A DNA stretch of 64,000 nt, taken from an uncultured Alphaproteobacteria bacterium. Lineage in GTDB: Bacteria > Pseudomonadota > Alphaproteobacteria > Rhodobacterales > Rhodobacteraceae. Position 1 is the stretch's first letter, and each line of letters opens with the position of its first letter. A program made the position numbers and the translations under genes. The notes below the pieces were generated by a model. That model was not told the origin of the DNA and did no database searches. It saw only the letters and a list, made by a program, of their open reading frames with translations. This document shows, in pieces, positions 32,852 through 43,183 of this stretch. The stretch is taken from NCBI GenBank assembly GCA_963815275.1, contig CAWFGD010000002.1:24102-88101 (forward strand), written 5' to 3'.

Positions 32852-34178
32852 GGATCATCCCATCAATCAGAAGGCTGGGCACGCGGGTGGAAAGATGCGC
32901 GCGGGCGTCGTTGGCAGGCTGGATGCGCAAGAGCATGTCGCGCAGGTTGCCCGCGACGGTGCATTCGTTGACCGGATGGCTGATCTGGCCGTTTTCGACC
33001 CAGAAACCGGAAGCGCCGCGCGAATAGTCGCCGGTGTTGGGGTTGATGGTGGAGCCGATCATCGAGGTGATCAGCAGGCCGGTGCCCATGTCGCGGATCA
33101 GATCATCGCGCGAGGCGGTGCCTTGGGTGAGGTCGATGTTTGACGACGAGGGCGTGGGCGGGGCAGAAGTGCCGCGCGCGGCGTTGCCGGTGCTTTGCAG
33201 CCCGAGCTTACGGGCGGTGGCGAGGTCGAGGGTCCAGCCGATCAGCACGCCGTTTTCCACCACCATGCGCGCCTGTGAGGGCAGGCCTTCGCCGTCGAAG
33301 GGGCGCGAGCCGGAGATGCGCGGGCGCAGCGGGTCTTCGAACAGCGACAGCTGGGCGGGCAGGACTTGCTGACCGATGGCGTCGAGCAACCAGGAGGAGC
33401 CGCGCGCGATGGCGGCGCCGTTGATGGCCGAGGTCAGGCTGCCGATCAGCGAGGAGGCGACGCGTTCGTCAAAGAGCACGGGGTAGGTGCCGGTTTTGGG
33501 TCGGGTGGCCCCGGCGCGGGCCAAGGCGCGTTCGGCGGCGAGTTGGCCGATGCCGCTGGCCGAGGGCATGTCGGCGGCGAAGATGCGGCCTTCGCCGGCG
33601 TAGTCGCGTTCCATCCCGGTGCCGGAGCCGGTGAAGGCCACGGCTGAGACCGAGTGGGAGGAGCGCTCATAGCCGCCGGCAAAGCCGTTGGAGGCGGCGA
33701 GGTGGACCTCGCGGCGGCCATAGCCGGCCGAGGCTTCGACCTGGGTGATGCCTTGCGCCTGCATGGCAGCGGCTTCGGCCTCGCGGGCTTTGGCTTCCAG
33801 CGTGGCGGCGGAGGGTTCTTCGGCCTCTTCCACCAGTTGCATCGCGGTCAGATCCCAATGTTTGGCGATCTGATCGGGGGAGGCGAGGCCGGCGTAGGGG
33901 TCTTCGGGGGCTTCGCGCGCCATGGCGACGGCGCGTTCGGCAAGCCGGGCGAGGGTGGCGGGCGAGGTGTCGGAGGCCGAGACGCAGGCCTGTCTGCCGC
34001 CGATCAGCACGCGCAACCCGATCTCGGTGGCTTCGGAGCGTTCGGCCTGTTCGAGGGCACCGGCGCGGATGTCGATGCTTTGCGAAATGCCCGAGAGCGC
34101 CATGGCGTCGGCGCTTTGCGCGCCTGCGGCTTTGGCGGCGGCAAGCAGGGCTTCGGTCAGCGAGGCGAGGCGGGTCAT
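32838..34178 (-). CDS. pmbA: PmbA/TldE-family protein
   Basis: IGLRV, PFDGEG, TGDYSRGASGFWVENG; no HExxxH. Confidence 0.87.
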   Translation of the reverse strand: MTRLASLTEALLAAAKAAGAQSADAMALSGISQSIDIRAGALEQAERSEATEIGLRVLIGGRQACVSASDTSPATLARLAERAVAMAREAPEDPYAGLASPDQIAKHWDLTAMQLVEEAEEPSAATLEAKAREAEAAAMQAQGITQVEASAGYGRREVHLAASNGFAGGYERSSHSVSAVAFTGSGTGMERDYAGEGRIFAADMPSASGIGQLAAERALARAGATRPKTGTYPVLFDERVASSLIGSLTSAINGAAIARGSSWLLDAIGQQVLPAQLSLFEDPLRPRISGSRPFDGEGLPSQARMVVENGVLIGWTLDLATARKLGLQSTGNAARGTSAPPTPSSSNIDLTQGTASRDDLIRDMGTGLLITSMIGSTINPNTGDYSRGASGFWVENGQISHPVNECTVAGNLRDMLLRIQPANDARAHLSTRVPSLLIDGMILAGA

Positions 34179-34500
34179 GGGCATTCCTTTGAGGTCTCTT
34201 GCGCAGAAGTCATGGTTTTGCGGGCAAGTTCAAGGGCTGGCGGGCGGAATGCGCATCAACTTTTGCGGGAAGGGGGGAGGGATTGCTTGGCAGAAGGCCA
34301 TCGCCTTTGCCAGAGCGGCAAGCCGATTCGCGTCCCGGGACGGTGGCCCATGGCGCGCTGGCCAGGGCCCGCCTGACCTGGCGGGCGGGTCTCGCCGCGG
34401 CGGGACGGGCGCTGGCCTGGTGGCGGTGGACAACGGCTGTGTGCGATGCCTGATCCGCCGGCGAAGGCGATTCTTCGCCCGAGTCTTGGCGCCGCGTGGC

Positions 34501-36024
34501 TTACTGCAGGCGCTGGCCGTTGGCGTAAAAGCCCTTGTCCTTGAACTCCAGCGTCGAGGTCAGCTCGTCCTTGCCGGGTGTGGCATTGGTGAACATGCCT
34601 GCCATCATCTTGTATTGCATGACATCTTCGGCCTGAAGGAAGCCCATGGCGACGATCTTGTCGAGCAGGGTATTGGCCCCGGTCAGCTTGAGGTCGATCT
34701 TGCCGGTGGGCAAGGGCACGCCTTCGAAGGTGGTCTTGTCGCTGTTGTCGAAGGTGAAGGCCCCGGCGCCGGTCAGCTCGGCCCCGGCGATGGAGGCTTT
34801 CAGATCGGTGATGTCGAGCGAGTTCAGTTCGGCTTCCGGTGCCTTGCCCTCGGCGCCCTGTTCCATCTCGGCGAAGAGATCGGATTTCAGCGTCGCGGTG
34901 CCCTTGGCGTCGATCACGATGGTGGCGCCGTCATGCGGCAGCTGGCTGGTCGGGTCGAACATGCCCCAGATCTCGTCCGAGACGTTGAAGCCGACGAGTT
35001 TGGTCAGGAAGGCGAAATTCGCCGGCGCGTCGGATTTGGCGACCGGGATGTCGAGGTTGAAGGCGGCCTCGTCATAGCTGACATCGACCTGGGGGAAGGG
35101 GATGTCGGGGCTTTGCAGGCTCATTTTCACCGCCTTGCCGGAGGCGCCGTATTGCAGGTGGCTTGCATCCATCGCGAAGGTCAGGCTGCCTTCGCCCGAG
35201 GTGCCGGTGATATGGGTCGGCTTGCCTTCGGCGGTGATGTTCATGTCGAAGGTCGAGTCGGCATAGCCGAAGGTGGCATTGGCGGCAAAGCCAGCAGCGA
35301 GGGCTTTGCCCATATCGGCCATGCCCGCCATATCCAGCAAAGTGCCCGTCGACTTGCCGGTCAGACCGTTCATCTGGCCTTGGAAGGAGATATCGGACTG
35401 ATCCTCGGGGTTCTTGCCCGCGACGGTCAGCGCGACCTTTTCGGCGGTATAGTCGCTGGTGACGTTTTTCTTGGCGGCATCGCCTTCGACAAGGTAGGTG
35501 CCGACGACATTGGTCATCACCACTTCGGCGGTCAGATCGACCACCGAGCTGTCGGTGCCATTGATCGATTCCAGCTTGGCGGTGATGCTGGGGGCATCGA
35601 CGTCATAGCTGATCGCCTCGGGCGTGCCGCTGGCGGTCAGCACAAACTCGGGCTGGGTGACGGTGATCTTGAGATCGGTCGGCTTGGAGCCTTCCACCGC
35701 CGGATCGGCCGGGGCCTTGATCAGGATCGGATAGGTTTCTGACAGGGTAATATCGACACCGCCGTCGCCATTGTCGGTGAAGTCGATCTGGTCGATCGAG
35801 GCCGAGAAGCTGCCCTTGTCGCTGTCCTCGGTCAGGGTCAGGCCCGAGACGGTGAGCACATCGCCATCGCGGCTGACATCAGTGGTGGCGACAGTCATGC
35901 CACTGGAGGCCAAGGACGCCTGCCAGTTGGCCCAGACATCCTCGGGTGTCACGTCGGCGAAGGCGGCGGTTCCAGCAATCAATGCGCCGACAGCCGTGCT
36001 GCCAGCCAGAATCCAATGTTTCAT
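34501..36024 (-). CDS. DUF2125-like exported protein
   Basis: Signal peptide AFA|DVTPEDVW; beta-rich body; ends ANGQRLQ. Confidence 0.65.
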   Translation of the reverse strand: MKHWILAGSTAVGALIAGTAAFADVTPEDVWANWQASLASSGMTVATTDVSRDGDVLTVSGLTLTEDSDKGSFSASIDQIDFTDNGDGGVDITLSETYPILIKAPADPAVEGSKPTDLKITVTQPEFVLTASGTPEAISYDVDAPSITAKLESINGTDSSVVDLTAEVVMTNVVGTYLVEGDAAKKNVTSDYTAEKVALTVAGKNPEDQSDISFQGQMNGLTGKSTGTLLDMAGMADMGKALAAGFAANATFGYADSTFDMNITAEGKPTHITGTSGEGSLTFAMDASHLQYGASGKAVKMSLQSPDIPFPQVDVSYDEAAFNLDIPVAKSDAPANFAFLTKLVGFNVSDEIWGMFDPTSQLPHDGATIVIDAKGTATLKSDLFAEMEQGAEGKAPEAELNSLDITDLKASIAGAELTGAGAFTFDNSDKTTFEGVPLPTGKIDLKLTGANTLLDKIVAMGFLQAEDVMQYKMMAGMFTNATPGKDELTSTLEFKDKGFYANGQRLQ

Positions 36025-36148
36025 AATGGTGCCTTTCGAGAAGCGTTAATGCCCCATAGCATCCGCGCTTGCATCGAGGCGGTCAAGGGCTTCTGATGGG
36101 CGTAAGCAAAGAGGCGTAAAGCGCTGAGGACGTTGGGAAGGAAAGAGG

Positions 36149-36895
36149 ATGCAGGGCAAAGTGGTGGTGATTACCGGGGCCAGTCGCGGCATTGGCGCGG
36201 CGGCGGCGCGGGCCTTTGTGGCAAGCGGCGCGCATGTGGCCCTGCTGGCGCGGAGTGGGGCCGAGATTGCGGCTTTGGCGGCGGAATTGGGCCGCGGCGT
36301 GATGGCCCTGGAATGCGATGTTGGCGATTTTGCCCAGGTCGAGGTGGCCTTGGCCGCAGTCAAGGCGCGGCACGGGCGGCTGGATGTGCTGATCAACAAT
36401 GCCGGGATGATCGAGCCGATTGCCCGGCTGGCAGAGGTTGACCCTGCGGATTTCGCTCGGGCGGTGCAGGTCAATCTGCTGGGCGTGCTGCATGGCATGC
36501 GCGCTGCCCTGCCGGTGATGCGGGCGCAAGGTGCGGGGACAATCATCAACGTCTCGTCAGGGGCTGCGGTCAATCCCCTGGAGGGTTGGGGCGGCTATTG
36601 CGCCAGCAAGGCGGCGGCGCTGATGCTGACGCGGGTCGGCCATCTTGAGGAAGCAGCGCAGGGCATCAGGGTGCTGGGCCTCTCGCCCGGCACGGTGGCG
36701 ACCGAGATGCAGGTGAAGATCCGCGCCAGCGGCGTGAATCCGGTAAGCCAGCTTGCGCCGGGCGCGCATGTGCCGCCGGAATGGCCGGCCAAGGCTTTGG
36801 TCTGGATGTGCAGCGCTGCGGCGGACCCCTGGCTGGGCCGCGATGTGTCTTTGCGCGAGGATGTGGTGCAGCGGGCGGTGGGGTTGACCCGATGA
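36149..36895 (+). CDS. Short-chain dehydrogenase/reductase
   Basis: TGASRGIG, NNAG, YCASK. Confidence 0.88.
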   Translation: MQGKVVVITGASRGIGAAAARAFVASGAHVALLARSGAEIAALAAELGRGVMALECDVGDFAQVEVALAAVKARHGRLDVLINNAGMIEPIARLAEVDPADFARAVQVNLLGVLHGMRAALPVMRAQGAGTIINVSSGAAVNPLEGWGGYCASKAAALMLTRVGHLEEAAQGIRVLGLSPGTVATEMQVKIRASGVNPVSQLAPGAHVPPEWPAKALVWMCSAAADPWLGRDVSLREDVVQRAVGLTR

Positions 36896-37495
36896 TTTCG
36901 CTGTCGCGTGACGGCGGGTTGCTGGTCGTGACCTTGAACCGACCCGACAAGGCGAATGCGCTGACGCGGGCGATGCTGGGCGATCTGCTGGCGGCTGTGG
37001 CGGGTCCGGCACCGCAGGCTTTGATCCTGACCGGGGTGGGGCGGGTGTTTTCGGCGGGGGCGGATCTGGAGGAGATGCAGGCCGGGCTTGGCGTTGATCC
37101 GGTCTGGGAGCAGGTCTCGGGGGCGATTGCGGCGCTGCCTTGTCTGACGATTGCGGCCTTGAACGGCACGCTGGCGGGCGGGGCGATGGGCATGGCCCTT
37201 GGCCTGCGATATCCGGCTGGCGGTGCCGTCTGCGAAGTTTTTTTACCCGGTGATGCGGCTGGGCTATCTGCCGCAGCCTTCTGACCCCGCACGGCTGGCG
37301 GCGCTTGTGGGGCCAGCGCGGGCCAAGATCATCCTGATGGGTGGGGCCAAGATCGAGGCTGAGGAGGCGCTAAGCTGGGGGTTGATCGAGCGGATTGTCG
37401 AGCCTGAGGGGTTGATGACGGCGGCGCGGGCTTTGGCGGGCGATGTGCTGGCGGCCAAGCCGGGGCATGCGGCGGCGATCAAGGCGATGATCTAG
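36892..37495 (+). CDS. Enoyl-CoA hydratase/isomerase family (one indel near 37197)
   Basis: LNRPDKANAL, FSAGADL, ACDIRLA across two frames. Confidence 0.85.
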
Positions 37496-37694
37496 CGGCG
37501 CTTTGGCGGGCGGCTGAGGACGGAGGTTTGGCGGTCCCTGTCAGGAAGGCTGCGCGTTCGAGAAGTGCGCGCCAAGTCCTTTGCGCGTGCGTCCAAGCTG
37601 GTCGCTTCGGTCACGCTTGAACCCTTGCGGTTTCTTTGACATGGCTTGCGCTGGGCCAGTGTCGTGGGGCCGGTGTCGGGGGCGCGTGGGGATT

Positions 37695-38996
37695 ATGGAA
37701 CAGCAATCGGAAATCGCCAGCAGGGTTTTGGGCTGGGGCCAGCAGGGGTTTGACATCGCCAGGGGCTGGCTTTTGTCGCCTGCGGCCTGGTCGCAATTTC
37801 TGCTGCTGGCGCTGGCTTATCTCGCGGCGCGGCTGATAGCGCGCAGGGTGACGCCCTGGCTCATTCGGGTGCTGGACCCTGCAGGGCGCAGCGGGATGCT
37901 GGCGACGCTGCGGCGCTATGGCTTGATGCTGTTGCCGCTGCTGTTGCCGCTGGTGGCTTACGGGCTGACGGCGCTGGGCGAGGCCTTTACCCGGCAGATG
38001 TTTGGCGCGGGCGAGGTGGTGGGCTTTGGCAAGCGGCTGTTCCTGTTCCTCGCGGCGCGGGCGCTGGTGCGCGAGGTTTTGACCGACGCCTTCCTGCGGC
38101 TTTTGGGGCGCTATCTGCTGCTGCCGATCATGGCGCTGTATCTGGTGGGCCTGCTGGAGGTGATCGCGGCGCAGCTGGATGCGACGGTGATTGCGCTGGG
38201 CAATATCCGCTTTTCGGTGCTGGCGCTGATCCGGGGCGTGGTGGCGGGGGGGCTGTTGTTCTGGCTGGGGGCCTGGTCGAACCGGCAGAGCGCGACCTAC
38301 ATCACCGCGCAGGATGCCTTGCGACCCGCACAGCGCCAGTTGGCGGTCAAGGGGATCGAGATTTTGATCTTTGGCGCGGCGTTTTTGCTGTTGATGAGCA
38401 TCATGGGCATCGACCTGACGGCGGTGGCGGTTTTGGGCGGTGCCTTGGGCGTCGGCATCGGGCTTGGCTTGCAGCAGATCGCGGCGAATTTCATCTCGGG
38501 GGTGATCCTGCTGCTGGAAGGGCAGACCACGGTGGGGGATTATGTGCAGCTGGATGGCGGCGAGGCCGGGACCATCGTCAAGATGACGGCGCGGGCCTGT
38601 GTGCTTGAGACCTTTGACGGCAAGTGGATCGTGGTGCCGAACGAGCATTTCATCACCACCCGGGTGGTGAACCACTCGGATCAGGGTTCGGCCAACCGCT
38701 ATGAGGCGGCGTTTTCGGTGGCCTATGAGACGGATATCAACCGCATCCCTGCGATCATCGAGGCGGCGGTTGCGGCTTTGCCCTTTGTGCTGCAAGCGCC
38801 GGATGGGCCGGACTGCGAGCTGCGCGGCTTTGGCGAAAGCTCGGTCGATTTCGCGGTGGAATACTGGGTGAATGGCATTGACGACGGCAAGAACCGCTAT
38901 GCCTCGCCGGTGCTGTTTGCGATCTGGAATGCTTTGAAGGCGGAGGGCATCGAGATGCCCTATCCGCGTCGTGTGGTGGAGATGCGCAATGTATGA
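37695..38996 (+). CDS. Small-conductance mechanosensitive channel family protein
   Basis: Multiple TMs; GVGIGLGLQQIAANFISG, VPN, IEMPYP. Confidence 0.88.
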   Translation: MEQQSEIASRVLGWGQQGFDIARGWLLSPAAWSQFLLLALAYLAARLIARRVTPWLIRVLDPAGRSGMLATLRRYGLMLLPLLLPLVAYGLTALGEAFTRQMFGAGEVVGFGKRLFLFLAARALVREVLTDAFLRLLGRYLLLPIMALYLVGLLEVIAAQLDATVIALGNIRFSVLALIRGVVAGGLLFWLGAWSNRQSATYITAQDALRPAQRQLAVKGIEILIFGAAFLLLMSIMGIDLTAVAVLGGALGVGIGLGLQQIAANFISGVILLLEGQTTVGDYVQLDGGEAGTIVKMTARACVLETFDGKWIVVPNEHFITTRVVNHSDQGSANRYEAAFSVAYETDINRIPAIIEAAVAALPFVLQAPDGPDCELRGFGESSVDFAVEYWVNGIDDGKNRYASPVLFAIWNALKAEGIEMPYPRRVVEMRNV

Positions 38997-40191
38997 TGCT
39001 TTGGTGATCGGCGCGGGGCCTGCGGGTCTGATGGCGGCGGAAGAGCTGGCGCGGGCCGGGCGGCGGGTTTTGGTCTGCGAGGGCAAGCCCAGCCCGGCGC
39101 GCAAGTTCCTGATGGCGGGCAAGTCGGGGTTGAACATCACCAAGGATGAGGGCCGCGAGGCGTTTATCGCCGCCTATGAGAGCGATTGGCTGGCGCCGAT
39201 GCTTGAAGAGTTCGGCCCGGCGCAGGTGGTGATCTGGGCGCGGGGGCTGGGGCAAGAGGTGTTTACCGGGTCTTCGGACCGGGTGTTTCCACGCTCGATG
39301 AAGGGCTCGCCCTTGTTGCGGGCCTGGCTGGCGCGACTTGCGGGAGCGGGGGTTGAGCTGCGCGCGCGCTGGCGCTGGGTCGGGTTCGAGGGGGAGGGCT
39401 TTGCCTTTGAGACGCCCGAGGGCAGGCAGGTTGTGCAGCCTGCGGTGACGGTTCTGGCGCTGGGCGGGGCCTCTTGGGCGCGGCTGGGGTCGGATGCGGC
39501 CTGGGTGCCCTGGTTGGTGGAAAAGGGCGTCGAGGTGGCAGCGTTCCGGCCGGCGAATATGGGCTTTGCGGTGAATTGGTCGGCGCATATGGCCAAGCAC
39601 TTTGGCGCGGCGATCAAGGGGGCGGCTTTGCATGTGGCGGGCCGGGTCGAGCGCGGGGAGTTCGTGATCTCGGCGCGGGGGGTTGAGGGCGGCGGGATTT
39701 ATGCGGTGTCGAAAGCGCTGCGCGAGGGCGCGTCCTTGGCGCTGGACCTGATGCCGGATGTTTCGGGCGAAGAGGTGGCCGAGCGGTTGTCGCGGATGAA
39801 GCCCGCGGAAACCGTGGTCAACAAGCTGCGCAAGCTGGGGCTGACACCTGCGGCAGTGGCTTTGGTGATGGAATTTGGCCGGGGAGTGCCGCCCGCGGAA
39901 GCGGTGAAGCATCTGGAGGTGCGGCTGGCGGGGCCGAGGCCGATTGACGAGGCGATTTCGGTGGCGGGCGGCGTGACGCAAGCCGCCGTGACCGAGGGGC
40001 TGGAATTGCGCGCCTTGCCGGGGGTGTTCGTCTGCGGCGAGATGCTGGATTGGGAAGCGCCGACGGGCGGCTATCTGTTGACCGGGGCTTGGGCCACGGG
40101 GCGCTGGGCGGGGCGGCGCGGCGGCGGGGGTTTAACCACCGGCCTGCGAGGATGCGAGAATTTGCGTGACGCCAGCCAGCGGGCTTTGTAG
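38989..40191 (+). CDS. BaiN/HI0933-like flavoprotein (TIGR03862 type); true stop probably 40135 after removing a +1 indel
   Basis: GAGPAG, RKFLMAGKSGLN, GEMLDWEAPTGGYLL. Confidence 0.87.
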   Translation: MYDALVIGAGPAGLMAAEELARAGRRVLVCEGKPSPARKFLMAGKSGLNITKDEGREAFIAAYESDWLAPMLEEFGPAQVVIWARGLGQEVFTGSSDRVFPRSMKGSPLLRAWLARLAGAGVELRARWRWVGFEGEGFAFETPEGRQVVQPAVTVLALGGASWARLGSDAAWVPWLVEKGVEVAAFRPANMGFAVNWSAHMAKHFGAAIKGAALHVAGRVERGEFVISARGVEGGGIYAVSKALREGASLALDLMPDVSGEEVAERLSRMKPAETVVNKLRKLGLTPAAVALVMEFGRGVPPAEAVKHLEVRLAGPRPIDEAISVAGGVTQAAVTEGLELRALPGVFVCGEMLDWEAPTGGYLLTGAWATGRWAGRRGGGGLTTGLRGCENLRDASQRAL

Positions 40192-40237
40192 CTGTTGGCG
40201 GCGGGCTTTGGCAGGGGGCTTTAGCGGGGGGCAGGCG

Positions 40238-40879
40238 ATGGCGTTGAAGGCTGAATTTCTGATCCGGGATGCGGTGCAGCTGCAGGCGCTGTTTGGCGAG
40301 ACCCATGCCATTGCGGTGCAGAAATGTCTGGATCACCTTGACCCGCATGCGCAGGAGTTTGTCGCGCGGGCACCGTTCTTGTGCATCGGCACGCAATCGG
40401 CCGAGGGTCTGGCCGATGTCAGCCCGCGTGGCGATCCGCGTGGGTTTGTGAAGGTGCTGGATGCGCGGACGCTGCTGATCCCGGACCGTCCGGGCAATAA
40501 CCGCTTGGACACGCAGAAGAATATCCTTGCCAACCCTGCCGTGGGCTTGCTGTTCATGGTGCCAGGGTTTGACGATACCCTGCGGGTGAACGGGCGGGCG
40601 CAGATCAGTTGTGATCCTGAGCTTTTGGAAGCTTTGCGGGTCAATGACCGGCTGCCGAAAGTGGCGATTGTGGTCGAGGTGCAGGAGGTGTTTCTGCATT
40701 GCGCCAAGGCGTTCCGGCGCGCGAAGCTCTGGGATCCGGCGGAACGGCAGGACCGACGCGAGATGGGCTCTTTGTTGCAGATCATCCTTGAGCAGACCAC
40801 CGGCGCGCCGAAAGATCCCGAGGAGATGGCGCGGATCGATGCGGGGCTTGAAGAGGCTTATCGCGGCTCGATGTACTGA
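40238..40879 (+). CDS. Pyridoxamine 5'-phosphate oxidase-like FMN-binding protein
   Basis: DVSPRGD, PDRPGNNRLD, HCAKAFRR. Confidence 0.82.
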   Translation: MALKAEFLIRDAVQLQALFGETHAIAVQKCLDHLDPHAQEFVARAPFLCIGTQSAEGLADVSPRGDPRGFVKVLDARTLLIPDRPGNNRLDTQKNILANPAVGLLFMVPGFDDTLRVNGRAQISCDPELLEALRVNDRLPKVAIVVEVQEVFLHCAKAFRRAKLWDPAERQDRREMGSLLQIILEQTTGAPKDPEEMARIDAGLEEAYRGSMY

Positions 40880-41051
40880 AGGCGCGGGTTGACGCTGCTG
40901 TCTTTTGGCTGTGGCTGAGGCTTTCCGACGCGGGCGATTATCTTGGCGCGATGCTGCGGCTGTTGGAATTTCCGGTTCTGGAATAGGGGGCTGACCTTGC
41001 TAGACTGGCGGCACAGAGACGGCGCGGATGCGCGCAGGAAGGGCAGAAGAC

Positions 41052-42006
41052 ATGAGCAGATTCAACCAACCGCTCGGCGGCAACGACATGCCACGTTTTG
41101 GCGGGCCAGCCACGATGATGCGGCTGCCGACGCAGAGCTACGGCCGAGGGGCTCGACGTGGCGTTTATCGGCATTCCGATGGATATCGGCACCTCGAACC
41201 GCCCCGGCACGCGGCTTGGCCCACGTCAGATCCGCGACGAAAGCCGGATGCTGCGGCCCTATAACATGGCGACGGGGGCAGCGCCCTTCGAGCATTTGCA
41301 GGTCGCCGATATCGGCGATGTGGCGATCAATACCTTTGATCTGAAGAAGTCGGTCGATATCATCACCGAGCTACTACGACGCCGTGCTGGCGCATGGCGC
41401 GCTGCCCCTGACGCTGGGCGGCGATCATACGCTGACCTGGCCGATCCTGCGCGCGATCAAGCAAGAAGCATGGCCCGGTTGCGCTGATCCATGTCGATGC
41501 CCATGCCGATATCAACGACACGATGTTCGGCGAGAAGGTCGCGCATGGCTGCCCGTTCCGCCGCGCCTGGGAAGATGGCTGTCTGATCAATGACAAGGTG
41601 TTTCAGATCGGCCTGCGCGGCACCGGCTATAGCCCGGATGATTTCAACTGGGGACGCGCAGCAGGGCTGGACCGTGGTGCAGGCGGAGGAGTGCTGGCAC
41701 AAGTCCTTGAAACCGCTGATGGCGGAGATTCGCGCCAAGATCGGCGATGCGCCGGTCTATCTGAGCTATGACATCGACAGCCTCGACCCGGCCTTTGCCC
41801 CCGGCACCGGCACGGTGGAGCCGGGCGGGTTGACGATCTGGCAGGGTCTGGAGATCGTGCGCGGTTGCGCCGGGCTGAACCTGATCGGCGGCGATCTGGT
41901 CGAGGTTTCGCCGCCCTACGACCCCTCGGGCAATACGGCGCTGATCGGGGCGAACCTGCTTTACGAGATGCTCTGCGTCTTGCCGGGAGTGCCGCAGGGC
42001 CAGTGA
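41052..42006 (+). CDS. speB: Ureohydrolase (agmatinase/guanidinobutyrase-like), several apparent indels
   Basis: GGDH, DAHAD, SYDIDSLDP, DLVEVSP; N-terminus QPLGGNDMPRFGG resembles Pseudomonas GbuA as I recall it. Confidence 0.8.
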
Positions 42007-42077
42007 GGTTGCAGCGGATATGCGGGTCAGAACGCCAGAGCAGGTCTCTGGCGTTTTGCTATGGCGACAATCTCTGG

Positions 42078-42106
42078 TTGACCAGCCCCCGACGCGGGCC
42101 TAAGAA
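42078..42106 (+). promoter_or_regulatory. Putative sigma70 promoter of the thi operon
   Basis: TTGACC-N17-TAAGAA directly before the riboswitch. Confidence 0.5.
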
Positions 42107-42111
42107 GGCGG

Positions 42112-42228
42112 CACTGTCGGGGGAGTCCTGCCTAAAGGACTGAGAGGCTTTGAGGGAAATTGCAGCGATGCGGTTTCCCGGTTGAGCGACCCTTTGAACC
42201 TGACCCAGTTCATACTGGCGTAGGAAGC
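42112..42228 (+). ncRNA. TPP riboswitch (THI element)
   Basis: GGGGAGTCC...GGACTGAGAG...GACCCTTTGAACCTGA-CCAGTTCATACTGGCGTAGGAAG upstream of thi genes. Confidence 0.95.
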
Positions 42229-42382
42229 ACAAATGGTCGCCCTTTTTCCACGCAATAGCGGGGGCGGTTTCGGGAGCATCCCGGCTTTCTTCCCCTTTGT
42301 GACGGGTCATCAACGCAAGAGGCTTTGATGAACCAGATGCTGCATGTGACCTCGCCCTGCCCGCGCATTGGGGGCTGACGCA

Positions 42383-43183
42383 ATGGCCCAGGCAAAATGC
42401 GCCCTGACCATTGCCGGATCGGATTCTGGCGGGGGTGCGGGGATACAGGCGGATCTGAAAACCTTTTCGGCGCTGGGGGTATACGGGGCCTCGGCGCTGA
42501 GTGCGATCACGGCGCAGAATACGCAAGGCGTGCGGCAGGTTGAGATGCTGCCGCCCGCGTTGGTGGCGGCGCAGATCGAGGCGGTGCTGGCCGATATCCG
42601 CGTTGATGCCATCAAGATCGGCATGCTGGGCAGCGCCGGGGTGATTGCTGCGGTGGCCGGGGCGCTGGCGGGCTGGTCGGGGCCAGTGGTGCTGGACCCG
42701 GTGATGGTGGCGAAATCGGGCGATGCGCTGTTGCAGCCCGAGGCGGTTGCGGCGCTGATCGGCGCGCTGCTGCCGCGCGCGGATCTGCTGACGCCGAACC
42801 TGCCTGAAGCGGCGCGGCTGCTGGGGGTCAGTGTGGCCGAGACACCCGAAGCGGTCGAGGCGCAGGGCCGCGCCTTGCTGGACCTTGGCGCGCGGGCGGT
42901 GCTGATGAAGGGCGGTCATGCCTTGGGGCCAGAATGCCGCGATCTGCTGATCACGCGGGGCGGGGTGATGGCGTTTTGCGCGCCCCGGCAAGCCACGCGC
43001 AACACCCATGGCACTGGCTGCACCCTGTCCTCGGCCATCGCGGCGGGTTTGGCCAAGGGCCTCAGCCTCGGCGATGCCGTGGCGCGGGCGCATGGCTGGT
43101 TGCAGGGGGCTTTGGCGGCTGCGGATGGCTTGGGCATCGGGCAGGGGCAGGGGCCGGTGCATCATTTCCACGAGGTCTGGTGA
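42383..43183 (+). CDS. thiD: HMP/HMP-P kinase
   Basis: [26 protein letters not shown]. Confidence 0.95.
   Translation: MAQAKCALTIAGSDSGGGAGIQADLKTFSALGVYGASALSAITAQNTQGVRQVEMLPPALVAAQIEAVLADIRVDAIKIGMLGSAGVIAAVAGALAGWSGPVVLDPVMVAKSGDALLQPEAVAALIGALLPRADLLTPNLPEAARLLGVSVAETPEAVEAQGRALLDLGARAVLMKGGHALGPECRDLLITRGGVMAFCAPRQATRNTHGTGCTLSSAIAAGLAKGLSLGDAVARAHGWLQGALAAADGLGIGQGQGPVHHFHEVW

Noticed and set aside
41000-41051. Guanidine riboswitch upstream of the ureohydrolase (AGACGGCGC)
   Set aside because: Only a short match; the rest of the class I-III architectures is missing
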